From Parcubacteria group bacterium (GTDB taxonomy: Bacteria > Patescibacteriota > Minisyncoccia > Moranbacterales > GCA-2747515): a DNA stretch of 64,000 nt. The notes below the pieces were generated by a model. The model was not told where the DNA came from, ran no database searches, and saw only the letters and a list, made by a program, of their open reading frames with translations. The stretch spans positions 10,098 through 74,097 of the forward strand of contig JBAZXC010000004.1 of NCBI GenBank assembly GCA_041660065.1, written 5' to 3'. Positions 31,185 through 41,182 of this stretch are shown piece after piece (position 1 is the first letter of the stretch; each line of letters starts with the position of its first letter). The position numbers and the translations under genes were made by a program.

Positions 31185-32174
31185 ATGAGTCAAGTCATTG
31201 ATGTGTCATCAAATATCATTTTTCGCGTGCTGGGAATTGTTCTCGGACTGTGGTTTTTGTATGTGATCCGTGATGTGATCTGGCTTTTTTTGATCGCGAT
31301 TATCATTACGGCTGCGCTCAATCCGATGATCAAAAGTGCGCAGGTACTTTTACGTTCACCGCGCGCTGTGGCTGTCGGCACAGTATATATCATCTTCTTT
31401 TTACTTTTGGGTATTCTCATTTCATTTATTGTGCCAACGATCTCGCAACAATTCGAGCAGATCGGGACAGAATTGCCCAAACTTCTCGCGCAATTTTTAC
31501 CACAGCATCTTTCACCGGCCGAAGATCCGACGCTTAGCAATATCAGTCAACAATTCATCGGTCTTTTGGGTAATCCTTTCTCCACTACGGTGGGGTTGCT
31601 GTCGGGACTGATCTCAATCTTTGCCGTGGTCTCCATGTCTTTTTATATGTCACTGCAAGAGGACGGGTTGAAAAACGCGCTTTTGCTCATTGTACCGGCA
31701 CAACACCAAAAATATATTGCGACACTTATTGATCGGATCCAAGAAAATTTCGGACGATGGATGGCGGGGCAACTGATCACAATGATTTTTGTCGGTCTAT
31801 TATATTATATTGCGCTACTCTCACTTGGTGTGCCATATGCGTCTGTGTTGGCGATCATAGGAGGGCTTTTGGAGATTGTGCCATACTTTGGTCCGATCAT
31901 GGCTGGTGCGCCGGCTGTTGTGTTTGGGTTTATGCAAGATCCGACAGTGGGATTTCTCGTATTTTTGGCGTATTGGGCGATCAACTTGATCGAAAACTAT
32001 TTTTTGGTACCAAAGATCATGAACAAGGCGATCGGTCTGCACCCGGTGTTGGTTATTCTTGCATTACTTATCGGCGGGCAAATTGCCGGTATTGTAGGCA
32101 TTTTTCTTGCAGTGCCACTTGCCGGTGCGATCGGACTTTTCCTCAAGGATGTGATGGAAAAAAAGATCGCCTAA
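31185..32174 (+). CDS. AI-2E family transporter
   Basis: Multi-TM; LEIVPYFGP, ENYFLVPKIM..GLHP, GIFLAVP. Confidence 0.92.
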   Translation: MSQVIDVSSNIIFRVLGIVLGLWFLYVIRDVIWLFLIAIIITAALNPMIKSAQVLLRSPRAVAVGTVYIIFFLLLGILISFIVPTISQQFEQIGTELPKLLAQFLPQHLSPAEDPTLSNISQQFIGLLGNPFSTTVGLLSGLISIFAVVSMSFYMSLQEDGLKNALLLIVPAQHQKYIATLIDRIQENFGRWMAGQLITMIFVGLLYYIALLSLGVPYASVLAIIGGLLEIVPYFGPIMAGAPAVVFGFMQDPTVGFLVFLAYWAINLIENYFLVPKIMNKAIGLHPVLVILALLIGGQIAGIVGIFLAVPLAGAIGLFLKDVMEKKIA

Positions 32175-32259
32175 ATTTTACACAGAAAACACTACTACAC
32201 TACGTAGTATAGTAGTGTTTTCTATAAAGTTCTGCACATTTTTTTAACGTTTTTTGAAA

Positions 32260-32769
32260 TTACCTTCTTGTGTCATGTGGTGGATCTGTGATCGTGATAT
32301 CACTGCCAAACATCCATAGGGGCGTGTCGGCGAGTACGGCGTGTGCTTCATTTTCCAAAAATCCTCCGGTGATCTCCGGCGGTGTGGAGAAGTACGGAGT
32401 GAGTCCGCTCATTGTGCTGTCTTGCAGGATCGGCCATCGGGTATAACCGCCGACATAAGGAGAGGGGAGAGAAAAAACGACACGACTCACTTTGAATTCG
32501 CGGATCATAAAGGAACACATAGGGCACGGCTCAACATTGGTATATAGCGTACAACCACTCAGGTCGGATGAACCGAACAATGCATGTGCGCGATTAAGGG
32601 CAACGATTTCGGCGTGTTCGGAAACTTTGGTTTTGTAATCATTTTGTGCTTCGATGATGATGTGTCCATCTTTGGCGATCACCGTACCAAATGGTGCATC
32701 GCCCGCATCAATTGATTCTTGTGATAGTGCAATGCACCGGCGCATGCATATGTGATCAAAGTCATTCAT
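32260..32769 (-). CDS. nucleoside/nucleotide deaminase (TadA/guanine deaminase-like)
   Basis: PFGTVI, HAEIVAL and LYTNVEPCPMCS zinc motifs. Confidence 0.88.
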   Translation of the reverse strand: MNDFDHICMRRCIALSQESIDAGDAPFGTVIAKDGHIIIEAQNDYKTKVSEHAEIVALNRAHALFGSSDLSGCTLYTNVEPCPMCSFMIREFKVSRVVFSLPSPYVGGYTRWPILQDSTMSGLTPYFSTPPEITGGFLENEAHAVLADTPLWMFGSDITITDPPHDTRR

Positions 32770-32849
32770 AAGTTTTTTGTATTGTTATAACTGATTTAAT
32801 ATAAATATCATTTTTTCTTTTATATAACAATTATTTAAAAGAAAACTTC

Positions 32850-32911
32850 TGTCATCCTGAACTTGTTTCAGGATCTCACATCTCAGATGCTGAAACAAGT
32901 TCAGCATGACA
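32850..32911. repeat. empty REP doublet of the GIY-YIG element family
   Basis: TGTCATCCTGAACTTGTTTCAGGATCTCA..AGATGCTGAAACAAGTTCAGCATGACA, near-identical to the ends at 4986 and 5321. Confidence 0.8.
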
Positions 32912-32981
32912 TGGATATTAAATGAGATCTTGTGAGGGTATTATAGCCTTTTTGTGACATGTTTGATAGTATAAAAACATT

Positions 32982-33914
32982 ATGACACATCAGAGCATCA
33001 AAAAACCGGAAGGCGGACTATTGCAATCAGAGGAATGGATGGCTGTTTTGCATGCGGAAAAAAAGGAAACATACCGTATAGTGAGTGCGTATGCGATACA
33101 TCACATGATCCAAAATCGCGTACCGCTATTTGGCGCGTATATGTATGTACCGCGCGTTTTTGATCTGGACCATACAGCATGTGCCAAGATCATCGCTGTA
33201 GCGCGAGAGCATGGTGCCGGATGGGTGCGGATCGATGTTGGCACGGAAGCGATGATGCGCGTTCTTGATGAATGCGGGCAACATGTTTTGCACGCACCGC
33301 ACGACATGCAACCGCGACACAATCTGATCATCGATATTGCCAAAGACGAAGAAGAACTATTAAAAAATATGAAAAGCAAAACGCGGTATAATGTGCGTCT
33401 CGCGCAGAAAAAAGGTGTGACAGTTTTTGCATCAAAAGAACAAAAGTATGTAGATGCGTTTTGTGCGCTTGTCGGGCAAACGGCTGTGAGGAAAGAAGTT
33501 TCTTTCCATGACAAGTCACACTATGAAAAGATCATCAATACATTATCCGATGATCATGTGCAACTGTATATTGCTGAATACAATGGCAACGTGATCGCCG
33601 CAAACCTCGTATCGTTTTATGGCGGCGTGGCAACATACTTGCACGGTGCAACCGCCGATCGCGATCGTGACGTGATGGCGCCATTCCTCTTGCAATGGCA
33701 GGCAATTCTCGATGCAAAGGTACGCGGATGTGAATGGTATGACCTGGGGGGTGTATTCCCGCATACAGAGGATAAAGGCAAGCAGGGAATCACCCGATTC
33801 AAACAAGGATTTGCACCGCAAGAAACGTTTTTTGCCACACGAGGATCATATGATATTGTCCTATCACCACTGCGATACTATGGCTATCGTCTTGCACAGA
33901 AGTTCAAATCATAG
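32982..33914 (+). CDS. FemAB-family lipid II aminoacyltransferase
   Basis: LLQSEEW, MKSKTRYNVRLAQKKGV, YLHGA, YDLGG and GITRFKQGF motifs. Confidence 0.9.
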   Translation: MTHQSIKKPEGGLLQSEEWMAVLHAEKKETYRIVSAYAIHHMIQNRVPLFGAYMYVPRVFDLDHTACAKIIAVAREHGAGWVRIDVGTEAMMRVLDECGQHVLHAPHDMQPRHNLIIDIAKDEEELLKNMKSKTRYNVRLAQKKGVTVFASKEQKYVDAFCALVGQTAVRKEVSFHDKSHYEKIINTLSDDHVQLYIAEYNGNVIAANLVSFYGGVATYLHGATADRDRDVMAPFLLQWQAILDAKVRGCEWYDLGGVFPHTEDKGKQGITRFKQGFAPQETFFATRGSYDIVLSPLRYYGYRLAQKFKS

Positions 33915-33947
33915 GGTAGAGACGCCCTTTGTAAGTCTAAAAATTCT

Positions 33948-33995
33948 TGTCATTCCCGTGAAGCTTGTCCTCGAGAAATCGGGGAACGGGAATTC
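33948..33995. repeat. REP copy
   Basis: TGTCATTCCCGTGAAGCTTGTCCTCGAGAAATCGGGGAACGGGAAT is the reverse complement of 18969-19014. Confidence 0.8.
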
Positions 33996-34043
33996 ATGAT
34001 TATTCTATATGCAAAATATACTTATATCAGATTTGCGTTACTC

Positions 34044-34072
34044 TTGACAAAATGACGATTTAGGTGTATAAT
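34044..34072 (+). promoter_or_regulatory. consensus sigma70 promoter
   Basis: TTGACA-N17-TATAAT. Confidence 0.75.
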
Positions 34073-34223
34073 ACAGAGTCGTAGTAATTTGACAATTTTT
34101 CATTCACCACAGCCAAAAGAGTCGTATTTAAGGCAATTTTTGGTTGTGGTGAGAGACCATATCGGTCAAATCTAACAGCGAAAATATAAAAATGGCACAT
34201 GTGCCAGAAAAAAGGAGGAAGAT

Positions 34224-34658
34224 ATGTCTTCTGATAACATGAAAACAATAGCACATTTCATCGATTGCGATGCCGATCCGTCCATCCCTAAAGGATGGAA
34301 AGTTGAGAGACATAACAAATGCGGACAATTGGAGTGGAACGCAAAAAAAGTTTCACTACACTTGTCAAAAGTACAGGAAAGTGGCAAGCAAATAAAGGGT
34401 AATCAGCTTTGCAAAGAAATTGAAAAAATGCCTGTGCTGAATGCCAATGTGCTGGATTACCTTTTGGCACATCCTGAACTTATCCCGGAAGAGTGGAAGA
34501 ATAAAGTAGTTTTATTCTGGGGCACTATTTATTGCCTCTCCGATGGTCGCTTGGCTGTTCGTTGTCTCAGTTGGGACGGTGAGCAGTGGTACTGGCACGG
34601 CAGCGGGCTCGACGGTGATTTCCGTTCTGTCCATTCTGCGGTGTTGTGCGCAAATTAG
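34224..34658 (+). CDS. hypothetical protein resembling CPR DGR target proteins
   Basis: AGGAGG RBS; LDYLLAHPELIPEEWK..FWGT..VRCLSWDGEQWYWHGSGLDGDF C-terminus; adenine-poor 3' end. Confidence 0.65.
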   Translation: MSSDNMKTIAHFIDCDADPSIPKGWKVERHNKCGQLEWNAKKVSLHLSKVQESGKQIKGNQLCKEIEKMPVLNANVLDYLLAHPELIPEEWKNKVVLFWGTIYCLSDGRLAVRCLSWDGEQWYWHGSGLDGDFRSVHSAVLCAN

Positions 34659-35065
34659 TTCTTGGGACTTTGTTTCTTGAATCTTCTCTGGATTCTTTGA
34701 AACCTAGTCCTGTGATCCTAAAAAAAACGAGCACTGTGTTGTATTTCACACAGTGCTCTTTAATTTTGTGCTACAATAAAAAAGGTAGTAGGAAAATATG
34801 CAAGCGATTATGGTTTCTTGCTTTCGAATCTTGCAGGAGCAGGTTTGTAACCTGCTCCTTTTGTTTTTATTACACTTCACAAATATATTGTACATAATAT
34901 AAATGGTGTTTCTATAGTGAATATTTTTTTCAAATTTTTGATAGTTGCTAAAATTGTGATATTGCAAAACTGTTAAAATCAGTAATTTTACAGTCATATG
35001 AAAAAATCTTGACTATCTGGTTTTCTCGCGCGTTATCTTGTATCATAAGATATATGATACTTACA

Positions 35066-36388
35066 ATGATCAAAAAGATGATCCCGCGAAAGATCTTTCG
35101 CATGGCGCAACCGATCTATCACTATGTGATGGGTTTTTTGGCGGTGCTTGTGTGCGGTTTTCCCGGCAGAAAGATGATCGTTGTCGGTGTAACGGGGACG
35201 ACGGGTAAGACGACAGTGGTGTATTTGACAGCGCAGGCATTGCGTCATGCAGGACTCCGCGTAGGATATACGTCGACAGCAATGTTTAGCGATGGAAAGA
35301 ACGATTGGCTCAATGATAAAAAGATGACGATGGTGGGGCGGTTTTTCACACAAAATATACTCAGGCGCATGGTGCGAAACGGATGCGATGTGGCAATCGT
35401 AGAAACAACATCCGAGGGAGCGGTACAATTTCGCCATCGCTTTATCAATTATGATGTGATGGTTTTTACCGGGCTCTATCCGGAGCATATTGATTCTCAT
35501 GGCAGTTTTGACAATTACAAAAACGCAAAAAAAGAGATCTTTGCACATCTTGCGCAGTGTAAACACAAAACGATCAAGGGAAAACACATTGCAAAAACGA
35601 TCGTAGCCAATATGGACGATCTGCATGCACAGGATTTCATGCAGTTTGATGTAGAAAAAAAGATTGGTTTTACACAGGGCGACATGCAGGATGCATCTAT
35701 GCAAATCGTGCAGTATACCGCAGGCATATCAAACAAAACGGGTGTGCGGTTTGCATGTGATGGTGTGGATGTGCAGATGCACATTCTGGGTGATTTCAAT
35801 GCGACAAATGCTGTCGCTGCGATCTCTGTTGCGCAAGCACTGGGCGTGGAAAAAAATCGTGCTATTGAAGGGCTGATGCAGGTCATGAGTTTGCCGGGAC
35901 GATTGGAGCGGATCGACGAAGGGCAAGACTTTACCGTAATCGTGGATTATGCATTCGAGCCGGTTGCTGTAACCAAATTATATGAAACAATTCGTGTCCT
36001 TGAACCAAAAAATATCATCCATGTCCTCGGGTCAACCGGAGGCGGACGTGATATTTCACGTCGCGCAAAACTCGGACGCATTGCGGGAGAATTGGCGCGC
36101 TCTGTGATCGTGACGAACGAGGATCCTTATGATGATGATCCGTTGGAAATTATTTCGGCAGTTGCAGATGGCGCGAGAGAGACAGGTAAGGTGGAAGGAC
36201 GAAATCTCTTTTTGATCACAGATCGCGACAGGGCAATTGAGAAAGCTGTTTCTATCGCACACACAGGTGATGTGGTATTGATCACCGGCAAGGGATCGGA
36301 GCAGGCGATCGCTGGGAAAGACGGCATATTGTTTCCATGGGATGATCGACGGTGCGTGCGAGAGGCTTTGCGCAAATTACGAAAATAA
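35066..36388 (+). CDS. murE: UDP-N-acetylmuramyl-tripeptide synthetase (Mur ligase)
   Basis: GVTGTTGKTT, VETTSEG, EHIDSHGSF, GRLE, VIVDYA, TNEDPYDDDP and ITGKG motifs. Confidence 0.85.
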   Translation: MIKKMIPRKIFRMAQPIYHYVMGFLAVLVCGFPGRKMIVVGVTGTTGKTTVVYLTAQALRHAGLRVGYTSTAMFSDGKNDWLNDKKMTMVGRFFTQNILRRMVRNGCDVAIVETTSEGAVQFRHRFINYDVMVFTGLYPEHIDSHGSFDNYKNAKKEIFAHLAQCKHKTIKGKHIAKTIVANMDDLHAQDFMQFDVEKKIGFTQGDMQDASMQIVQYTAGISNKTGVRFACDGVDVQMHILGDFNATNAVAAISVAQALGVEKNRAIEGLMQVMSLPGRLERIDEGQDFTVIVDYAFEPVAVTKLYETIRVLEPKNIIHVLGSTGGGRDISRRAKLGRIAGELARSVIVTNEDPYDDDPLEIISAVADGARETGKVEGRNLFLITDRDRAIEKAVSIAHTGDVVLITGKGSEQAIAGKDGILFPWDDRRCVREALRKLRK

Positions 36389-36454
36389 TAAATGGTGTAT
36401 AATGCATAGCAGAGAAAATTGTTGTTTAACATTTAGGATAATTCAACGAAAGAG

Positions 36455-36934
36455 GTGATCGATGTGGATGGCCAAACGGTTGTAACAAACGTGCAGGACG
36501 GCATCATGCGGTTTCGTTGTGTGATGTGTCGTCACGAGGCGGATGTTGCTGTAAAGAGTGGCGTACGAAAATTAAGAGTGCGATGTAAGTGTGGTTTTGT
36601 CATTGTATGCGAGATCGACCGGCGGACAAGTCGACGGGGTCCGTACAAATTTGGCACTGCACAATATGTGTCAAAAAGTGGCACAAAACATATCATTCAA
36701 CCATTTGATATTTCATTTGGTGGCATGGGTTTTTGTTTTTTGCAGGGTGCAAAGCGCCAGCTTTTAGTTGGGCAAAACATCATTATTCAGTATGAAGTGA
36801 GTAGAGGATGTGACACAGTAGATGATTTTGTCGTGCGGAGAGTGTGGGATGATTGGATCGGTGTGCAATATGCTGATGGAATGAATCACCCACCACGACA
36901 TCGGCTGATCATACCATTACAGCAACATAAATAA
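36455..36934 (+). CDS. Zn-ribbon + PilZ-domain protein 1
   Basis: CVMC...CKC, then RRTSRR and DISFGG. Confidence 0.75.
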   Translation: MIDVDGQTVVTNVQDGIMRFRCVMCRHEADVAVKSGVRKLRVRCKCGFVIVCEIDRRTSRRGPYKFGTAQYVSKSGTKHIIQPFDISFGGMGFCFLQGAKRQLLVGQNIIIQYEVSRGCDTVDDFVVRRVWDDWIGVQYADGMNHPPRHRLIIPLQQHK

Positions 36935-36951
36935 AAGGCGGTGGAGCAATT

Positions 36952-37392
36952 ATGTATGTGCAAAAAAACAAAAGGATAATTTGTCGAGTACAGGAGGGAC
37001 ATGCGCAATTTATTTGTCCGCATTGCAAAAAAAGATATATGGTACCTCTGCGTCCCAATGAAAAACGTCGCAAAATTACTTGTCATGCGTGTAAGCAAAA
37101 ATGTGAATGCACATTCAATCGGCGTTATACGATTCGTGAAATGCAGAGTGGTAAAGCGCGACTGGACATGGGAGAATTGGGGTATATGGCCGTTCTTTTG
37201 CATGATATTTCTTGCGCAGGTGTAGGCTTTAGTATTTCTCATGGACAAGCGCGCAAACTGCGCGTGGGTCAACAGGTGCAACGGATCGTATGTGATTGGA
37301 ATCCGCGGTTTCCGCAACACAAGTTGATCATCCGTAATATTTCGGGCGAAAAGGTGGGGGCATGTTTTACCAAGCGCAGACAATTTTTTTAA
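36952..37392 (+). CDS. Zn-ribbon + PilZ-domain protein 2
   Basis: CPHC...CHAC, then RRYTIR and DISCAG. Confidence 0.75.
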   Translation: MYVQKNKRIICRVQEGHAQFICPHCKKRYMVPLRPNEKRRKITCHACKQKCECTFNRRYTIREMQSGKARLDMGELGYMAVLLHDISCAGVGFSISHGQARKLRVGQQVQRIVCDWNPRFPQHKLIIRNISGEKVGACFTKRRQFF

Positions 37393-37666
37393 AAAAAGAT
37401 CGATGAAAACAATCTCTTGGAGAGCTCTCCGAGAGATTTTTTTATAGTCATATACGTGCAATTATTTGGACAAAGCATATTTATTGATTTTTGGTATTGT
37501 AAAAAGTACTGTATTTTAAAATAGAAAAACCAATGAGACATGACCTCTTTTTCTAAATGATGTATTTTTTTGACAGAAAAGGTGTTTTTACATACAATGA
37601 ATAATCACAATGTTATGGGTGTTTGTTATTTGACAATAAAAATTTTCCAATTATATATGGGGTGCG

Positions 37667-38119
37667 ATGATGGAAGAATTAGAAGCGGGAGTAAAAGGGG
37701 GGCAGACATGGATCGTTTGTCCGCATTGTAAGAGGGGGTCTGGTATAAATGTACCGGAGCACTATGTCAAAAAAACACTTGGATGTAAATGTGGAGGAAA
37801 ATTTCTTGTGACATTTATTCGTCGCAAATGCGATCGAAAAAAGATCAGTGTTACAGGAAAAATAACAATTAATAATGAGGAGCATCCGATCATATTGGTA
37901 GATTTATCGTTGCAGGGTGTGAGTTTCACGGTTTATTCTGCAAAAGTAGGCATAAAAAGAACATATGACATTTCTTTTTCATCTCATGGAAGCACAGTTA
38001 AGACCCCGATAAAAATTGTCGGTGTTTCAGACAAATATGTAAAAGCAGAATTCGTCTTTATTGATGAGTATTGCGGTGCAAAATTGTCGGTGAGACGCAT
38101 ATGGGACAGGTTGTTATGA
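37667..38119 (+). CDS. Zn-ribbon + PilZ-domain protein 3
   Basis: CPHC...CKC, then RRKCDR and DLSLQG. Confidence 0.75.
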   Translation: MMEELEAGVKGGQTWIVCPHCKRGSGINVPEHYVKKTLGCKCGGKFLVTFIRRKCDRKKISVTGKITINNEEHPIILVDLSLQGVSFTVYSAKVGIKRTYDISFSSHGSTVKTPIKIVGVSDKYVKAEFVFIDEYCGAKLSVRRIWDRLL

Positions 38120-38178
38120 AAGAAAATCCAAAAACGCCAATGGAAATATTCCAGTGGCGTTTTCTTTTTTTGAGGATG

Positions 38179-38649
38179 CTAGAGAAGTGTGACGATATAG
38201 ATGAAAAATGCCGTAACGACAAATCCGACAGCGATACCGCCGGCAACCTCATTGGCATAATGGCCGACGTGTTCTTTGAGGCGAGGGAAATCTTTATGGT
38301 TGATTCCTTTGGTTTCTTCTACAAGTTTGTTGAGTGTGCGTCCTTGCATGCCGATCTGCATACGTATGCGCATTGCGTCATAGATCGTAATGAAAGCAAA
38401 ACACGATGCGACGGCAAACACGCCGGACGTGACATTTTCATAATAGCCGATCACAACAACAAGTGAGGTGACGAACGCACTGTGTGCGCTGGGAAAATGC
38501 CCCGGGTCGAGGATATTGTCCCATTTGATGCCGTGTCTGATCGAGAGTCGTACAAATTTTATCGACTGCGCAAAGATGATTATGGCAATAGGAATGAGAA
38601 AAAGTTGAAATTGTATCAATGTGTCGATCATATGCATATAGTATAGCAC
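38179..38649 (-). CDS. divergent PAP2 family (DUF212) protein
   Basis: PGHFPSAHSAFV, IYDAMRIR and LKEHVGH motifs. Confidence 0.88.
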   Translation of the reverse strand: MLYYMHMIDTLIQFQLFLIPIAIIIFAQSIKFVRLSIRHGIKWDNILDPGHFPSAHSAFVTSLVVVIGYYENVTSGVFAVASCFAFITIYDAMRIRMQIGMQGRTLNKLVEETKGINHKDFPRLKEHVGHYANEVAGGIAVGFVVTAFFIYIVTLL

Positions 38650-38708
38650 CCTCTGTATTTTTTTGGTAGAGTGTGTTAGGATTGCAGTGTAATTTTAATA
38701 AGAAAAAT

Positions 38709-39284
38709 ATGATTGGAATTATTTTATTGGTCGCGATCGTTGTGATCGTTGTGTGGGTCATCGGGATCTATAACGCGCTTGTAAAGATGCGCGTACGCGT
38801 GGACGAAGGATGGAGTGACATCGATGTACAACTCAAGAGGCGTTATGATTTGATCCCAAATCTCGTAGAAACGGTAAAGGGCTATGCAAAACATGAGAGT
38901 CAAACATTGGAGGCGGTAATGGAGGCACGATCCAAAGCAACAGCGATCACGGTGGATGCAAGTCATGCAACAGCCGGAGATATGGCGGCGCTTGCCGGTG
39001 CGCAACAGGGTCTTTCTGGGGCGTTGGGTAAACTTTTTGCTGTGGCGGAAAACTATCCTGATCTCAAAGCAAATCAAAACTTTTTGCAATTGCAAAATGA
39101 TCTCACGGATACAGAGGATAAGATCCAAGCGGCGCGTCGTTTCTACAATGGTACTGTGCGTGATTACAATACCAAAGTAGAGACTGTACCAAGTAATATT
39201 GTGGCAAGCCTCTTTGCTTTTACAAAGAGAGAATTCTTTGAGATCGAGGACACACAGAGAGAGAACGTCAAAGTACAATTTTAA
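38709..39284 (+). CDS. lemA: LemA family protein
   Basis: WSDIDVQLKRRYDLIPNLVETVKGYA, ENYPDLKANQNF. Confidence 0.95.
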   Translation: MIGIILLVAIVVIVVWVIGIYNALVKMRVRVDEGWSDIDVQLKRRYDLIPNLVETVKGYAKHESQTLEAVMEARSKATAITVDASHATAGDMAALAGAQQGLSGALGKLFAVAENYPDLKANQNFLQLQNDLTDTEDKIQAARRFYNGTVRDYNTKVETVPSNIVASLFAFTKREFFEIEDTQRENVKVQF

Positions 39285-39382
39285 ACATAGTTGTAAAGTT
39301 TATAAAGCCTGTAAAGTCCATAAAGTTAAAAAGTCTTATCACTTTATAAACTTTATGGACTTTATAAACATTGTTTTGATAT

Positions 39383-40276
39383 ATGTCTACCATTTATACA
39401 CAAGTGGATAAAAATATTCGTTTGACCTTTGTCTATATCACAGGATTTTTGATTTTTGTGATGGGCGTCGGTTATGTCTTTGCCAACGCGATGAACAATC
39501 AGATCATCCTCTATATTGCCGTAGCATTTTCTATCATCATGAGTTTTGTCTCATATTGGTGGAGTGACAAGATCGTCTTGAGTATGAGTGGCGCAAAAGA
39601 GGTGACGCATGACAATGCGCGGGAAATCTATCATATCGTGGAAAATTTGTGCATCACAGCAGGTCTTCCTGTGCCAAAGATCTATGTGATCGAAGATAGT
39701 GCGCCAAATGCTTTTGCTACAGGACGCGATCCGGAACATGGTGTGATCTGTTTGACAACGGGGATCATTCAAAAATTGGAGAAGACAGAATTGGAGGGGG
39801 TGGTTGCGCATGAGTTGTCGCATATTGGCAATCGAGATATTCTGCTTTCCACGGTCATCGTCGTTTTGGTCGGTTTCGTGACACTTTTGGCGGATTGGTT
39901 TCGCCGGTGGGCGTTTTTTGGTGGACGCGGACGTGACCGAGATGGCGGACAATTGCAACTCATTTTAATGATCGTCGCAATCATGTTATCCATTCTTGCT
40001 CCGATTGCGGCGGTATTGATGCAAATGGCAATTTCTCGCAAGCGTGAATTTTTGGCAGATGCTTCCGCGGTTTTGCTTACGCGATATCCGGAAGGTCTCG
40101 CTAGAGCATTGGAAAAAATTTCCGGTGACAGTGAAAAGCTTGAAGCGGCAAATCGTGCGACGGCGCATCTCTATATTGTAAATCCGTTTAAAGGAAAAAA
40201 AATCTCCGGTCTATTTGCAACACATCCGCCAGTTGAGGAACGCGTGGCGGCACTGAGAGGGTCGGAGATAAAATGA
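39383..40276 (+). CDS. htpX: M48 zinc metalloprotease HtpX
   Basis: PNAFATGR, AHELSH, SRKREFLAD and ATHPP motifs. Confidence 0.93.
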   Translation: MSTIYTQVDKNIRLTFVYITGFLIFVMGVGYVFANAMNNQIILYIAVAFSIIMSFVSYWWSDKIVLSMSGAKEVTHDNAREIYHIVENLCITAGLPVPKIYVIEDSAPNAFATGRDPEHGVICLTTGIIQKLEKTELEGVVAHELSHIGNRDILLSTVIVVLVGFVTLLADWFRRWAFFGGRGRDRDGGQLQLILMIVAIMLSILAPIAAVLMQMAISRKREFLADASAVLLTRYPEGLARALEKISGDSEKLEAANRATAHLYIVNPFKGKKISGLFATHPPVEERVAALRGSEIK

Positions 40277-40295
40277 TTTTATTCTCTTAAACATT

Positions 40296-40730
40296 ATGAT
40301 CATCAAATCTCCGAAAAATTCGGAAAAATATTATTGGACGGAACACGCCAAGGCAAAGATGCGTCAATATGGTTTGAGCGCGCAACGTGTTACGCGTGTC
40401 ATTCGTAGTCCACAACGCAAAGAAGAAAGTATTGTCGGTAATGGAACGATCGCTGTCATGCAGCCACAGTCAACGCGTCGCGATGCGAGCGGTAAAAAAA
40501 CATGGAACAGTGAAATTTGGGTCATGTACAAATACGCCAAGAAAAAAGTTTCTCCCACAGATGCACAAAAAGTTTCTGCAGAGGATAATCCAATGATGCG
40601 GTTTCTCAATAACGTTGCGCAAAACCAAAAGCAAATTCACATTATCAGTGCGTGGCGGTATCCCGGCAAGACAGAGCCGGGAGAAAGCTTGCCGGACGAG
40701 ATCACTGATGAGATTGCAGAAATCGCATAG
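40296..40730 (+). CDS. hypothetical protein (DUF4258/BrnT-like pattern)
   Basis: WTEHAKAKMRQYGLS...EIWVMY...IISAWRYPG. Confidence 0.6.
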   Translation: MIIKSPKNSEKYYWTEHAKAKMRQYGLSAQRVTRVIRSPQRKEESIVGNGTIAVMQPQSTRRDASGKKTWNSEIWVMYKYAKKKVSPTDAQKVSAEDNPMMRFLNNVAQNQKQIHIISAWRYPGKTEPGESLPDEITDEIAEIA

Positions 40731-40786
40731 TCTGATATAATACGAGTGTGAAATTAATCATAAATAATAGAAAGGTGGGTGACATT

Positions 40787-41182
40787 ATGGAAGAACAAAA
40801 TAACACACAACAAGCACAACAACCACAGCCACAAGCACAACCGGTAGTAGCTCCCGTGCGACAAGCTGATCCTGCAGATGTGGAAAAGAATAAAACAATG
40901 GCAATTTTGGCATATTTTATTTTCTTTTTGCCACTTATTACGGACTCAAAAGACAGTCCATACGCAAAGTTTCATGCTAATCAATCGCTAGTTCTATTGA
41001 TGTTTACGGTTGGCGGATACATCATTTCAAGTATTTTGACAGTGATTTTGATCGGATTTTTGATCTACTTTGTCGTAATGATCGGAAGTATCGTACTTTG
41101 GATCATGGGCATCATCAACGCATCCAATGGTAAAATGACAGAACTTCCTCTTATCGGAGGAATTCATCTTTTGGATAAATAA
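40787..41182 (+). CDS. DUF4870-like membrane protein
   Basis: NKTMAILAY, KFHANQSL and GIINASNGKMTELPLIG motifs. Confidence 0.8.
   Translation: MEEQNNTQQAQQPQPQAQPVVAPVRQADPADVEKNKTMAILAYFIFFLPLITDSKDSPYAKFHANQSLVLLMFTVGGYIISSILTVILIGFLIYFVVMIGSIVLWIMGIINASNGKMTELPLIGGIHLLDK

Noticed and set aside
34224-34760. Complete DGR locus
   Set aside because: No reverse transcriptase, Avd or AAC-rich template repeat seen in the window. Reported only as a possible remote target.
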